Assembly: GCA_963720545.1 (NCBI GenBank)
Contig: OY970399.1
Location: forward strand, 2,016,001 to 2,080,000
Length of the DNA stretch: 64,000 nucleotides
Direction of reading: 5' to 3'
Source of the DNA: an uncultured Acidobacteriota bacterium
GTDB taxonomy: Bacteria; Acidobacteriota; Vicinamibacteria; Fen-336
Both the position numbers and the translations under genes were made by a program. The notes beneath the pieces were generated by a model that saw nothing but the letters and a program-made list of their open reading frames with translations, was not told the origin of the DNA and made no database searches. The first letter of the stretch is position 1; every line of letters starts with the position of its first letter. Shown here piece by piece: positions 41,598-50,721 of the stretch.

Positions 41598-44318
41598 ATG
41601 GTCGCGTGGCAGAGGTTCTGGCGGCGCCTGCGCGGCTCGTTCGCCGGCGCGCGCGCCGACCGCGAGTTCCAGGAAGAGCTGCGCGCGCACCTCGAGATGC
41701 AGGTTGCCGACAACCTGCGCGCCGGGCTGTCTCCAGGTGAAGCACTGCGCCAGGCGCGGTTGGCGCTCGGCGGCTTCGAGACGGCGCGCGCGCGGCAGCG
41801 CGAGCAGCGCGGCCTGCCGCTTCTCGACTCGCTGGGGCGCAATCTCCGGCTCGCCCTGCGCACGCTCATGCGCAGCTCCGGCTTCACTCTCGTCGCACTC
41901 ACCGTGCTGGCTCTCGGCACCGGCGCCAATACGCTGATGTTCGGTGTCGTCAATGCCGTGCTGCTTCGGCCCCTGCCCTACCCCGGCGCCTCCGACCTCG
42001 TCCTGGTGCAGCCGGTGTTCAGCGCCAACGATGCAGCTGCAGCAGCGTCGGTGCCCGATTTCGAGTTGCTGCGTGCGCAGAACCGCAGCTTCCGGGGCCT
42101 CGATGCCTTCTATTCGCGGTCGGCCGACATCGCGGGCGGCAGCGATCCCGACCCCGAGCGCGTGCGTGCGCTGGTCGTGTCCGCCGGTTTTCTCGGCGTG
42201 TTGCAGACCCCGCCGGCTCTCGGCCGGGACTTCGCGCGCGGCGACGAGACCTGGGGAGAGCATCGCGTGGTGCTCCTCAGCGACGGACTCTGGCACAGGC
42301 GGTTCGGCGCCGACCCGAATGTCGTTGGACAAAGGCTGACACTGAACGCCGAGCCCCACACCGTGATCGGCGTGCTGCCGCGCGGCTTTTCCTTCGTCGG
42401 CCGCGACGCACAGCTGCTGGTGCCGATGTCCTTTGCGCCCGGCGACAACCTCAACTCGCGCAACAACTTCTTCCTCGCCATGGTTGGCCGGCCGCGCCCG
42501 GGCGTGTCGCCCAGCCAGGCGCAGGGCGATCTCGAGGCGATTCACGCGCGGATCGCTGCCGAGCATCCGGAGAACCGCGGCATGCACATCGGCGTGCGCG
42601 GCCTGCAGGACTCGCTGGTCGGCGAGGTGCGGCCGTCGCTCTATGCGCTCCTGGGCGCCGTCGCGCTGGTCCTGCTCATCGCCTGCGCCAACCTGGCGAG
42701 CCTCAACCTGGCCCGCGCCGCCGGGCGGCGCCGCGACGTGGCGCTGCGCATTGCGCTTGGCGCCAGCCGTCGCAGCATCCTGATGCAGTTCCTCACCGAG
42801 AGCGTGCTGCTGGCTTTCGTCGGCAGCCTGCTCGGCCTGCTGCTCGCGGCTTCGGGAGTCGCCCTCGTCAATTCGCTCAGCCAGGCGGTGCTGCCGCGGG
42901 CTGCGGATGTCCGGCTCGACGGCACGGTGCTCGCCATGACCGCCGCGGTCGCGCTCTTCATCGCCGTTCTCGCCGGCCTCGGCCCGGCGCTGCGTGCGTC
43001 GGGCGAAGCGCCAAACAGCGCGCTCAAGGAAGGCAGCCGCTCCGTCGGCGACAGCCGCGGGCACCGCCTGCGCTCGCTGCTGGTCGCGGCCGAAGTGGCG
43101 CTGTGCCTGGTGCTACTCATCGGCGCGGGGCTGCTGGTCGAGAGCCTGCGCAGGCTGACGGGTGTCGATCCCGGTTTCGTCGCAAGCGACGTCGTCACAT
43201 TCCAGTTGAGCGTGCCGCGGCGCGACTACGTGGACGATGGGCTGGAGCGCCAGTTCTCGCCACTCGCCTACACGAAGGCCGCCGCATTTTTCGCGGCGGC
43301 AGTGCGCGAAGCGAGCGCAGTCACCGGAGTGGAGTCTGCCGGCGCCGTCAACGCCCTGCCGCTGATGGGCGAGGTCTGGGGCAAGAACGCGACCCTCTAC
43401 GACCGGCCGCTGCCAGCGACGCTGCGTGACTTGCCCACCATCCAGTACCGCGTGGTCGAGGGCGACTATTTCGGCGCGCTCGGCATTCGCATCGTGCGCG
43501 GCCGCGCGTTCACCGGCGCCGACAGCCTCGGCGCGGGCAACGTCGCGGTGGTGAACGAAGAGATGGCGCGGCTCTACTGGCCGCAGCAGGACCCTCTCGG
43601 CAAGGTGTTGTCCGTGAACCCGCCGCGCAGCCTGGTGCCCGAAGGATCCGTGCCGGCCGACTATGAGCCGACGCTGTTCACCATCGTGGGGGTTGCGGCG
43701 AACGCCCGTTACGGCGAGCTGCGCGCAGCGGCACCGTCGCTCGTCTATGTGCCGTTCGCCCAAGGGTCCGAAGGCACCACCGGCATGTACCTCGCGGTAC
43801 GCACCGCCTCGAGCCCGGCCGCGGTGATCGACGCGGTGCGCGCGCGCTTGCGGCGCCTCGACCCGCGCATCCCGCTGTCGAACGTGCAGACGATGCAGGC
43901 CCGGGTCGATGCGGCCACCGGCCGGCCGCGACTGCAGGCCGTCATCCTCGGCGCGTTCGCGGGCCTGGCGCTGCTGCTGTCGCTGGTCGGCGTGCACGGC
44001 GTCATGCGGCAGGCGACCGAGGAACGGATGCGCGAAGTCGGCATCCGCATGGCGATGGGAGCCGACGCGGCCTCGGTGCTGCGCCTTTTCCTGCGACACG
44101 CCTTCCTGCTGGTCGCCGCGGGCCTTGCGGCAGGTGTCGCCGGTGCCGTTGCGCTCACGCGCGCGTTGCGCAGCATGCTGTTCGCCGTCAGCCCGACCGA
44201 GCCGCGCGTCTACCTGGCACTCACCCTCGCGCTCGGGATTGCCGGCGCTCTCGCCGCGTGGCTGTCGGCGCGGCGCGCCACCCGCCTCGACCCGCTGGCG
44301 GTGCTGCGCGAGGATTAG
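41598..44318 (+). CDS. ABC transporter permease, ADOP (acidobacterial duplicated orphan permease, MacB/FtsX-like) family
   Basis: EELRAHLE...ARLALGG prefix, ALGTGANT, LLIACANLA, RIALGAS, EVGIRMAMGA, RLDPLAVLRED. Confidence 0.9.
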   Translation: MVAWQRFWRRLRGSFAGARADREFQEELRAHLEMQVADNLRAGLSPGEALRQARLALGGFETARARQREQRGLPLLDSLGRNLRLALRTLMRSSGFTLVALTVLALGTGANTLMFGVVNAVLLRPLPYPGASDLVLVQPVFSANDAAAAASVPDFELLRAQNRSFRGLDAFYSRSADIAGGSDPDPERVRALVVSAGFLGVLQTPPALGRDFARGDETWGEHRVVLLSDGLWHRRFGADPNVVGQRLTLNAEPHTVIGVLPRGFSFVGRDAQLLVPMSFAPGDNLNSRNNFFLAMVGRPRPGVSPSQAQGDLEAIHARIAAEHPENRGMHIGVRGLQDSLVGEVRPSLYALLGAVALVLLIACANLASLNLARAAGRRRDVALRIALGASRRSILMQFLTESVLLAFVGSLLGLLLAASGVALVNSLSQAVLPRAADVRLDGTVLAMTAAVALFIAVLAGLGPALRASGEAPNSALKEGSRSVGDSRGHRLRSLLVAAEVALCLVLLIGAGLLVESLRRLTGVDPGFVASDVVTFQLSVPRRDYVDDGLERQFSPLAYTKAAAFFAAAVREASAVTGVESAGAVNALPLMGEVWGKNATLYDRPLPATLRDLPTIQYRVVEGDYFGALGIRIVRGRAFTGADSLGAGNVAVVNEEMARLYWPQQDPLGKVLSVNPPRSLVPEGSVPADYEPTLFTIVGVAANARYGELRAAAPSLVYVPFAQGSEGTTGMYLAVRTASSPAAVIDAVRARLRRLDPRIPLSNVQTMQARVDAATGRPRLQAVILGAFAGLALLLSLVGVHGVMRQATEERMREVGIRMAMGADAASVLRLFLRHAFLLVAAGLAAGVAGAVALTRALRSMLFAVSPTEPRVYLALTLALGIAGALAAWLSARRATRLDPLAVLRED

Positions 44319-44320
44319 CG

Positions 44321-45328
44321 CTAGACGGCGACCGTGGCGCCCGTCTCCATCGAACGGCGCGCCGCGGCGGCAATGCGCAGTGCGGCAACACCGTCGTCGA
44401 GCGTCACCGCCGGCCTCTTGTTCTCCAGCACGTTGACCGCGAAATCCTGCAGTTGCAGCGTGTACGCGCGCTCGAAGCGCTCCATGAAGAAGGGCACCGT
44501 GTCGTGCGCCACCGAGTTCCGCGTCATGACGAAGAGCGGCGTCTCGCGCAGGTAGCCGATGCGCAGCGTGCCCGCGGTGCCGAGCAGTTCGGTCGAGATG
44601 TCATAACCGTAGACGCCGTTGCGCGACAGGTCCACCACCCCGAGGCGGCCGTCGGCGAAGGTGAGGCTGACCACTGCGTTGTCGATGTCGCCCACCGAGC
44701 ACAGCTCCGGAAACGCGAGCGTGCCCGCGATGGTGTGCACCGAGCGCACCTCGCCCATGAAGAAGCGCGCCAGGTCGAAGTCGTGGATGCCCATGTCGAG
44801 GATCATGCCGCCGCTGCTGCGCGGGTCGGCGTATTCGAGCGAGGTGCGGTGCGGATCGCGCGACGTCGACTTGAACAGCACCGCGGTGCCGATGGCGCCC
44901 GCCGCGAGCTGGCGCTTTGCCGCGACGTAGCCGGGATCGAAGCGGCGCATGAAGCCCATCTGCACGAAGCTGCCCGCGCGCGCGGCGGCATCGCGCATCT
45001 CTTCGGCATCGGCGACGCTGAGCGCCGGCGGCTTCTCGCAAAATGCCGGCTTGCCACGGGCGGCGGCCGCCAGCACCAGCTCCTTGTGGGTGTTCGTCGG
45101 GCTGACGATCACCACCGCCTCCACCTCCGGCGCCGCGATCAGCGCGAGCGGATCGGCGGTGTGAAGAGGCACCTCGAACTCTTCAGCACTCTCGCGCGCG
45201 GCGCACGCGTCGATGTCGGCCACCGCCACGAGCCGCGCCTGCGGGATGCGGGTCGCGAGGTCGCGGGCGTAGACGCGGCCGAGCCGCCCCAGGCCGACGA
45301 CGCCGATGCCGAGGCGGCGCCTGCTCAA
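44321..45328 (-). CDS. iolG: Inositol 2-dehydrogenase (Gfo/Idh/MocA family)
   Basis: GLGRLG, CEKP, GFMRRFD, DMGIHDFD, YGYD, FMERF; iol gene context. Confidence 0.85.
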   Translation of the reverse strand: MSRRRLGIGVVGLGRLGRVYARDLATRIPQARLVAVADIDACAARESAEEFEVPLHTADPLALIAAPEVEAVVIVSPTNTHKELVLAAAARGKPAFCEKPPALSVADAEEMRDAAARAGSFVQMGFMRRFDPGYVAAKRQLAAGAIGTAVLFKSTSRDPHRTSLEYADPRSSGGMILDMGIHDFDLARFFMGEVRSVHTIAGTLAFPELCSVGDIDNAVVSLTFADGRLGVVDLSRNGVYGYDISTELLGTAGTLRIGYLRETPLFVMTRNSVAHDTVPFFMERFERAYTLQLQDFAVNVLENKRPAVTLDDGVAALRIAAAARRSMETGATVAV

Positions 45329-46287
45329 TGCGCCGCGCCCTTCGTCACCAGCTCGATCCTCACCCGCTGGTCGGCCGCGACCGCTTCCCCGCGCAGCAGC
45401 TTCACGGCGCTTTCCACCGCGACTCGGCCCATTTCTGCCGGAAACTGCGCGACCGACGCCGCCATGGTGCCCGCTGCGATCGCCTTGCGGGCGTCGTCCA
45501 CCGCATCGAAGCCGACCACCATGATCTTGCCGGTCTTGTTGGCCGCCGCAATCGCCTCCATTGCACCGAGCGCCATCATGTCGTTGCAGGCGAACACCGC
45601 GTCGATCTCGGGATGCGCCTGCAGCATGTTCTGGAAGACGTTGAAGCCGAGGTCGCGCTCCCAGTTGGCGGGCTGCGACGCGACGATGACGATGCCCGGA
45701 TGCGCGGCGAGCGCCTGCTTCAACCCCTGCATGCGCGAGTCGCCGGTCTCGTGGCCGGGAATCCCCTCGAGCACCGCGAGCTTCGCCTTGCCTCCTGTCA
45801 CGGTGGCGATGTATTCGCCGGCGAGCCGCCCGCCCTCGCTGTTGTCCGAGCCGACGAACGAGCCGATCTTCACGTGAGCCTCGGCCGCCGCCGTCGGATC
45901 GACGCGGGTGTCGACCACCACCACCGGGATCGACGCGGCATTCGCCTTGCTGATCGCCGGCACGATCTCGCGCGAGCCGCTCGGCGTGATCGCGAGCGCG
46001 CCGATCCCTGTCTGCACCAGGTTCTCGACGATCTGCATCTGCTTCTCGACGTCGATCTCGCGCTCGGCCGCCTGCACCACCAGCTCGACTCCGGCCTTCT
46101 GCGCAGCCTCCTCGGCGCCGCGCTGCATGTCGATGAAGAACGGGCTGTTGAGCGTCTTCAGCACCAGCGCGATGCGCGGCTTGCTGCCCGCTGCCGGCGC
46201 CGGCTGCTGCGCACGGCAGCCGGGTAACGCAAAGACGGCGGCCGATGCCAGCGTGCCAATGGCGGCGAGATGATGCCGAATCTTCAT
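45325..46287 (-). CDS. Sugar ABC transporter substrate-binding lipoprotein (RbsB-like)
   Basis: ALPGC lipobox; TLNSPFF, SDNSEGG, NDMMALG, GFDA. Confidence 0.9.
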   Translation of the reverse strand: MKIRHHLAAIGTLASAAVFALPGCRAQQPAPAAGSKPRIALVLKTLNSPFFIDMQRGAEEAAQKAGVELVVQAAEREIDVEKQMQIVENLVQTGIGALAITPSGSREIVPAISKANAASIPVVVVDTRVDPTAAAEAHVKIGSFVGSDNSEGGRLAGEYIATVTGGKAKLAVLEGIPGHETGDSRMQGLKQALAAHPGIVIVASQPANWERDLGFNVFQNMLQAHPEIDAVFACNDMMALGAMEAIAAANKTGKIMVVGFDAVDDARKAIAAGTMAASVAQFPAEMGRVAVESAVKLLRGEAVAADQRVRIELVTKGAAH

Positions 46288-47252
46288 GGATGCCTCCTGG
46301 AGTTCTTGAGGACCGAGTCGAGCAGCACGGCCGAGACGATGACGCTGCCGATCACCACCTGCTGCAGGAACGAGGAGATGCCGAGCAGGTTGAGGCCGTT
46401 GCGCAGCACCCCCATGATCAGCGCGCCAATGAGCGTGCCGCCCGCCGAGCCGGAGCCGCCCAGCAGGCTGGTGCCGCCGATGACGGCTGCCGCGATCGCA
46501 TCGAGCTCGTACGAAATGCCCGCGATCGGCTGCGCCGAGTTGATGCGCGCGGTGAGCAGGACGGCCGCGAACGCGCTGGCGAGGCCGGACAGCGCGTAGA
46601 CCACCGTCTTGTGGAACGCGACCGCGACGCCCGAGAGCCGCGCCGCCTCCTCGTTGCCGCCGATCGCGAACACGTAGCGGCCGAAGCGGGTGCGCGTCAG
46701 CATGAAGTGCGCGCCGACGTAGACGACGATCGTCACCAGCACCGGTACCGGGATGCCGGCGACGCGCCCGGTGGCGATGCCGCGAAAGGACGCCTCGAAG
46801 CCGGAGATCGGCCGGCCGTCGGTGAACAGCAGCGCCAGGCCGCGCGCCACGCTCATCATGCCGAGGGTGGCGATGAACGGCGGCAGCCGGCCGCGCGTGA
46901 TCAGGAGGCCGTTGCACACGCCGCACACCGTGCCGGCCGCGAGGCTCAGCGGGATGGCGAGCGCCGGCGGGTAGCCGGCCTTGAGCGCCGCTCCGAGCAC
47001 CACGCCGGCGAGCGCGACGATCGAACCCACCGACAGGTCGATGCCGCCGGTGAGGATGACGCAGGTCATGCCCACGGCGATGACCGCGTTGATCGAGGTC
47101 TGCTCGCAGACATTGAGGAGGTTCGACACGGTGAGGAAATACGGCGTCACGAACGCCAGCAGGACGCAGAGGCCGAAAAGGCCCGCGAGCGTTCCCAGCT
47201 CACGGTGGCCGCGCAGCTTCGCCAGCGCCGATCCGAGCAGGGGCGCTTTCAT
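46284..47252 (-). CDS. Sugar ABC transporter permease (RbsC-like)
   Basis: GGIDLSVGS, PPFIATLG, AIGGNEEAARLSG, YELDAIAAAVIGGTSL. Confidence 0.92.
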   Translation of the reverse strand: MKAPLLGSALAKLRGHRELGTLAGLFGLCVLLAFVTPYFLTVSNLLNVCEQTSINAVIAVGMTCVILTGGIDLSVGSIVALAGVVLGAALKAGYPPALAIPLSLAAGTVCGVCNGLLITRGRLPPFIATLGMMSVARGLALLFTDGRPISGFEASFRGIATGRVAGIPVPVLVTIVVYVGAHFMLTRTRFGRYVFAIGGNEEAARLSGVAVAFHKTVVYALSGLASAFAAVLLTARINSAQPIAGISYELDAIAAAVIGGTSLLGGSGSAGGTLIGALIMGVLRNGLNLLGISSFLQQVVIGSVIVSAVLLDSVLKNSRRHP

Positions 47253-48751
47253 GAAGCTTGCGCCTCAGCTTCGCCAAGCGCGGCCGCCAGCACCTGCGCC
47301 TGGGTGGCGCCGACGGCGTCGAACTGCGCGGCCACGCGGCCCCGGCTCAGCACCAGGATACGGTCGCTCATGCCGAGTATCTCCGGCAGCTCGGACGAGA
47401 TCATCAGGATGGCGGCGCCGCGGGCGGTGAGCGCATTCATCAGCTCGTAGATCTCGACCTTCGCGGACACGTCGATGCCACGCGTCGGTTCATCCATCAG
47501 CAGCACCTCGGTGCTGGCGGCGAGCCACTTGCCCAGCACCACCTTCTGCTGGTTGCCGCCGGACAGGTGCACCACCGGCTGCCCGAGGCGCTGGGTCTTG
47601 ATGCGCAGGCCGTCGACCTGCGCCTGCGCCAGCGCCCGCGCGCGCCGCTCGTCGACCACCCCGAAGCGGCACAGGCGCGCAGTGCTTGGCAGCGAAAGGT
47701 TGTCGCCCACCGAGAGGCCGAGCACCAGGCCCTGGGTCTTGCGGTCTTCCGGCAGCAGGCCGATGCCGAGCGCTATGGCGGCCCGCGGCGAGGCTGCGCG
47801 CAGTTCGCGGCCGCCCACGAGCACCCGTCCGCTGTCGGCGCGGTCCGCGCCCGCGAGCACCCGCGCCAGTTCGGTGCGGCCCGCGCCGAGCAGCCCGGCG
47901 ACGCCGACGATCTCGCCGCGCCGCAGGCTGAAGCTGACATTGGCGAAGGCGCCGTGGCGGCCGAGGTTCTCGACCCGCAGCAGCTCCTCGCCCGGCACGC
48001 CGCGCCGCCGCGGGTAGTGGTCGCTGAGATCGCGGTTGGCCATGAGGCGGATCATCTCGGCCACTGGCGTCGCGGCGACGTCGCAGGTGGCCACATTGCG
48101 GCCGTCGCGCAGGATGGTGGCGCGCGCGCCGATGCGCTTCACTTCGTCCATGCGGTGCGAGATGTAGATGACCGCGACGCCGCGCGCCGTCAGCTTCGCG
48201 ATCGCCGCGAACAGCGCGCCGATCTCGGCGTCGGTGAGGGCCGAGGTCGGCTCGTCCATGATCAGGATGCGCGGCTCTTCGCGCAGCGACTTCGCCACTT
48301 CCACCATCTGCTGTTGCGCCACGCTGAGCAGCCCCACCGGCGTGTCGGCATCGATCGCGATGCCGAGCCCGCGCAGCAGCCGGTCGGTCTCCGCGCGCTG
48401 CGCCTTGCGATCGACCACGCCGAAGGCAGAGCGCTCGCGGCCGAGGAAGACGTTCTCGGCAGCCGACAGCTGCGGCACCAGGTTGAGTTCCTGGTAGATG
48501 GTGCGGATGCCGCGTGCCTGCGCGTCGCGCGGCCCGGCGAGCGTCATTGCCTCGCCGCCCAGCTCGATGCGGCCGGCGTCCATGCGCACGGCGCCGCTGA
48601 GGATCTTCATCAGTGTCGACTTGCCGGCGCCGTTCTCGCCGAGCAGCACGTGCACCTCGCCGCGCGCCACTTCGAGCGAGACGTCGTCGAGCGCCACGAC
48701 ACCCGGATAGGCCTTGCGGATGCCGCTCATGCACAGCGCAACGCCACTCAC
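47249..48751 (-). CDS. Sugar ABC transporter ATP-binding protein (RbsA-like)
   Basis: GENGAGKST, MDEPT, ISH, PEDRK, LSGGNQQK. Confidence 0.93.
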   Translation of the reverse strand: MSGVALCMSGIRKAYPGVVALDDVSLEVARGEVHVLLGENGAGKSTLMKILSGAVRMDAGRIELGGEAMTLAGPRDAQARGIRTIYQELNLVPQLSAAENVFLGRERSAFGVVDRKAQRAETDRLLRGLGIAIDADTPVGLLSVAQQQMVEVAKSLREEPRILIMDEPTSALTDAEIGALFAAIAKLTARGVAVIYISHRMDEVKRIGARATILRDGRNVATCDVAATPVAEMIRLMANRDLSDHYPRRRGVPGEELLRVENLGRHGAFANVSFSLRRGEIVGVAGLLGAGRTELARVLAGADRADSGRVLVGGRELRAASPRAAIALGIGLLPEDRKTQGLVLGLSVGDNLSLPSTARLCRFGVVDERRARALAQAQVDGLRIKTQRLGQPVVHLSGGNQQKVVLGKWLAASTEVLLMDEPTRGIDVSAKVEIYELMNALTARGAAILMISSELPEILGMSDRILVLSRGRVAAQFDAVGATQAQVLAAALGEAEAQAS

Positions 48752-49782
48752 CGCGTCGCCTCGGGGCGTTCAGCCGGCGGCGGCGCGGTGCTGCCCCGTA
48801 CCACCAGGCGCGGCGAGAGCACCGCCCGCCGCGGCCGCACGCGCTTGTCCTCGAGCCGGTCGAGCAGGCTCGAGACCGCGATCTGCCCCATCTCCAGCCG
48901 CGGCTGGTGCACGGTGGTCAGCGAGATGTGGCGCAGCGCCGCGAGCGAGGTGTTGTCGTAGCCGACCAGCGAGATGTCGTCGGGCACGCGCAGCCCGCGC
49001 TCTTCCACCGCGTTCAGGACGCCGATGGCGGCGAGATCGTTGGAGGCGAAGATGGCGGTGGGCCGCGGCCGCTCGTCGAGCAGCAGCAGCGCGCCCGAGT
49101 GCCCGCCCTCTTCGGTGAAGGCGCCCGGCACCACGCGCGCGAACCTGGCGAGGCGCAGCTGCTTCATCGCGTCCTGGTAGCCGCTGCGCCGCGCCGCGGC
49201 GCCGGCGCCCTGGCCGCCGTCGATATGCGCGATGCGCTTGTGGCCGAGCGAAGCGCAGTGCTTCACCACCGCAACGCCGCCCGCCCAGTCGTCGTTGGTC
49301 ACCGATGCCACCGACGCCGCCTTCGCCGCGCGTCCGACAAGCACCACCGGGATCTCGCGGCTGGCGATCGCGATGATGCGGCTCTCGAGCAGGGGTGCGG
49401 CGACGATCAGCCCGTCGACGCGCAGTTGCAGCAGCGCCTCGATCGCTTCATCCTCTTGCAGGGGGTTGCGGTTGCCGGTGTTGAGCAGCACCTGGTAGCC
49501 GGCGCGCGCCGCCTGGTCCTGGATGCCGGTGACCACATCAGCGAAGAAGGGATTGTGCAGGTCGGACACCATCACGCCGATCAGCCGCGTGCGCCGCTGC
49601 ACCAGTCCGCGCGCCATCGCGTTCGGCCGGTAGCCGAGTTCGCGGGCGGCGGCCAGCACCGCGGCGCGGCGCTGCGGCCGCACGTGCCGGCCGCCGCGGA
49701 TCACCAGCGAGACGAGGCTCTTCGAGACGCCCGCGCGCTGCGCGACGTCGGTGATCGTCGGCCGGCTTCGTTCCTTGACCAC
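48748..49782 (-). CDS. LacI family transcriptional regulator
   Basis: TITDVAQRAGVSKSLVS, LGYRPNAMARGL, VPDDISLVGYD. Confidence 0.93.
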   Translation of the reverse strand: MVKERSRPTITDVAQRAGVSKSLVSLVIRGGRHVRPQRRAAVLAAARELGYRPNAMARGLVQRRTRLIGVMVSDLHNPFFADVVTGIQDQAARAGYQVLLNTGNRNPLQEDEAIEALLQLRVDGLIVAAPLLESRIIAIASREIPVVLVGRAAKAASVASVTNDDWAGGVAVVKHCASLGHKRIAHIDGGQGAGAAARRSGYQDAMKQLRLARFARVVPGAFTEEGGHSGALLLLDERPRPTAIFASNDLAAIGVLNAVEERGLRVPDDISLVGYDNTSLAALRHISLTTVHQPRLEMGQIAVSSLLDRLEDKRVRPRRAVLSPRLVVRGSTAPPPAERPEATR

Positions 49783-49832
49783 TTGACAGCCGACTCCTTG
49801 GCTCGCTAGCTTACCGCCGGTGGAACGTTCCA
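49783..49832 (+). promoter_or_regulatory. iolB promoter with LacI-type operator
   Basis: TTGACA-18bp-TAGCTT, then perfect palindrome TGGAACGTTCCA at 49821-49832. Confidence 0.7.
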
Positions 49833-50710
49833 AAGAAACGCAGCTCCACATCCCCGCGGGCAGCGCCGCGGCGGGCGCTGCGGGCGGCGACCTGCTGGTG
49901 ATCACGCCCGAATCGGCGGGCTGGTCGTTCGCGGGATTGCGCGTCGTGAAGATTGCGCCGGGCAGGAGCCGCGCCTTCCAGGCCGGACGCGACGAGCTGC
50001 TGGTGCTGCCGCTGACCGGCAGCGCGACCGTGCGCTGCGAAGGCAAGAGCGTTCGCGCTCGAAGGACGCGCGTCGGTGTTCGCGCGCGTCAGCGACTTCG
50101 CCTACGTGCCAGCGGCGCCGCGTTCGAGATCGAGAGCGAGGGCGGCGGCGAGTTCGCGCTGCCGGCGGCCCGCGCGCGCCGCAAGCTGGCGGCGGCCTAC
50201 GGCCCGGCCGAATCGGTCGCGATCGAGATTCGCGGCAAGGGCAGCGCGACCCGGCAGGTCAACAACTTCTGCGCACCCGGCGCCTTCGAGGCCGACCGCC
50301 TGGTGGCCGTCGAGGTGCTCACCCCCGGCGGCAACTGGTCGTCCTATCCCCCGCACAAGCACGATGAAGCCCGTGCCGGCGAGGCCATCCTCGAGGAGAT
50401 CTACTATTTCCGCGTCGCTGGCAAGGACGGCTTCGGCTTCCACCGCACCTACACCGACGACGGCGCCATCGATGCGAACGCCTGCATCCGCGACGGCGAT
50501 GCGTTTCTCATCCCGCGCGGCTATCATGGGCCATCGGTCGCGGCCCCCGACCATCCTCTTTATTACCTGAACGTCCTGGCGGGCCCCGCCGCTGAGCGCA
50601 CCATGGCTTTTTGCGACGACCCGCGCCACGCCTGGATCCGCGCCGGGTGGGCAAACCAGGCTCCGGACCCACGTGTGCCGATGACCTCGGCGCGCGCGGG
50701 CGCACGGTAA
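49820..50710 (+). CDS. iolB: 5-deoxy-glucuronate isomerase; compensating frameshifts at about 50051 and 50110
   Basis: ITPESAGW, TPGGNWSSYPPHKHD, EEIYYF, PRGYHGP, YYLNVLAGP; the conserved GRASVF...DFAYVP segment is in a shifted frame. Confidence 0.9.
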   Translation: MERSKETQLHIPAGSAAAGAAGGDLLVITPESAGWSFAGLRVVKIAPGRSRAFQAGRDELLVLPLTGSATVRCEGKSVRARRTRVGVRARQRLRLRASGAAFEIESEGGGEFALPAARARRKLAAAYGPAESVAIEIRGKGSATRQVNNFCAPGAFEADRLVAVEVLTPGGNWSSYPPHKHDEARAGEAILEEIYYFRVAGKDGFGFHRTYTDDGAIDANACIRDGDAFLIPRGYHGPSVAAPDHPLYYLNVLAGPAAERTMAFCDDPRHAWIRAGWANQAPDPRVPMTSARAGAR

Positions 50711-50721
50711 GGGCGGAGGCC

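Noticed and set aside
39072..43064. Very long antisense or alternate-frame ORFs (1330 aa here; also 24501-27995, 10263-12803, 25060-27636)
   Set aside because: Typical high-GC shadow ORFs overlapping well-supported genes; they carry no recognisable motifs.
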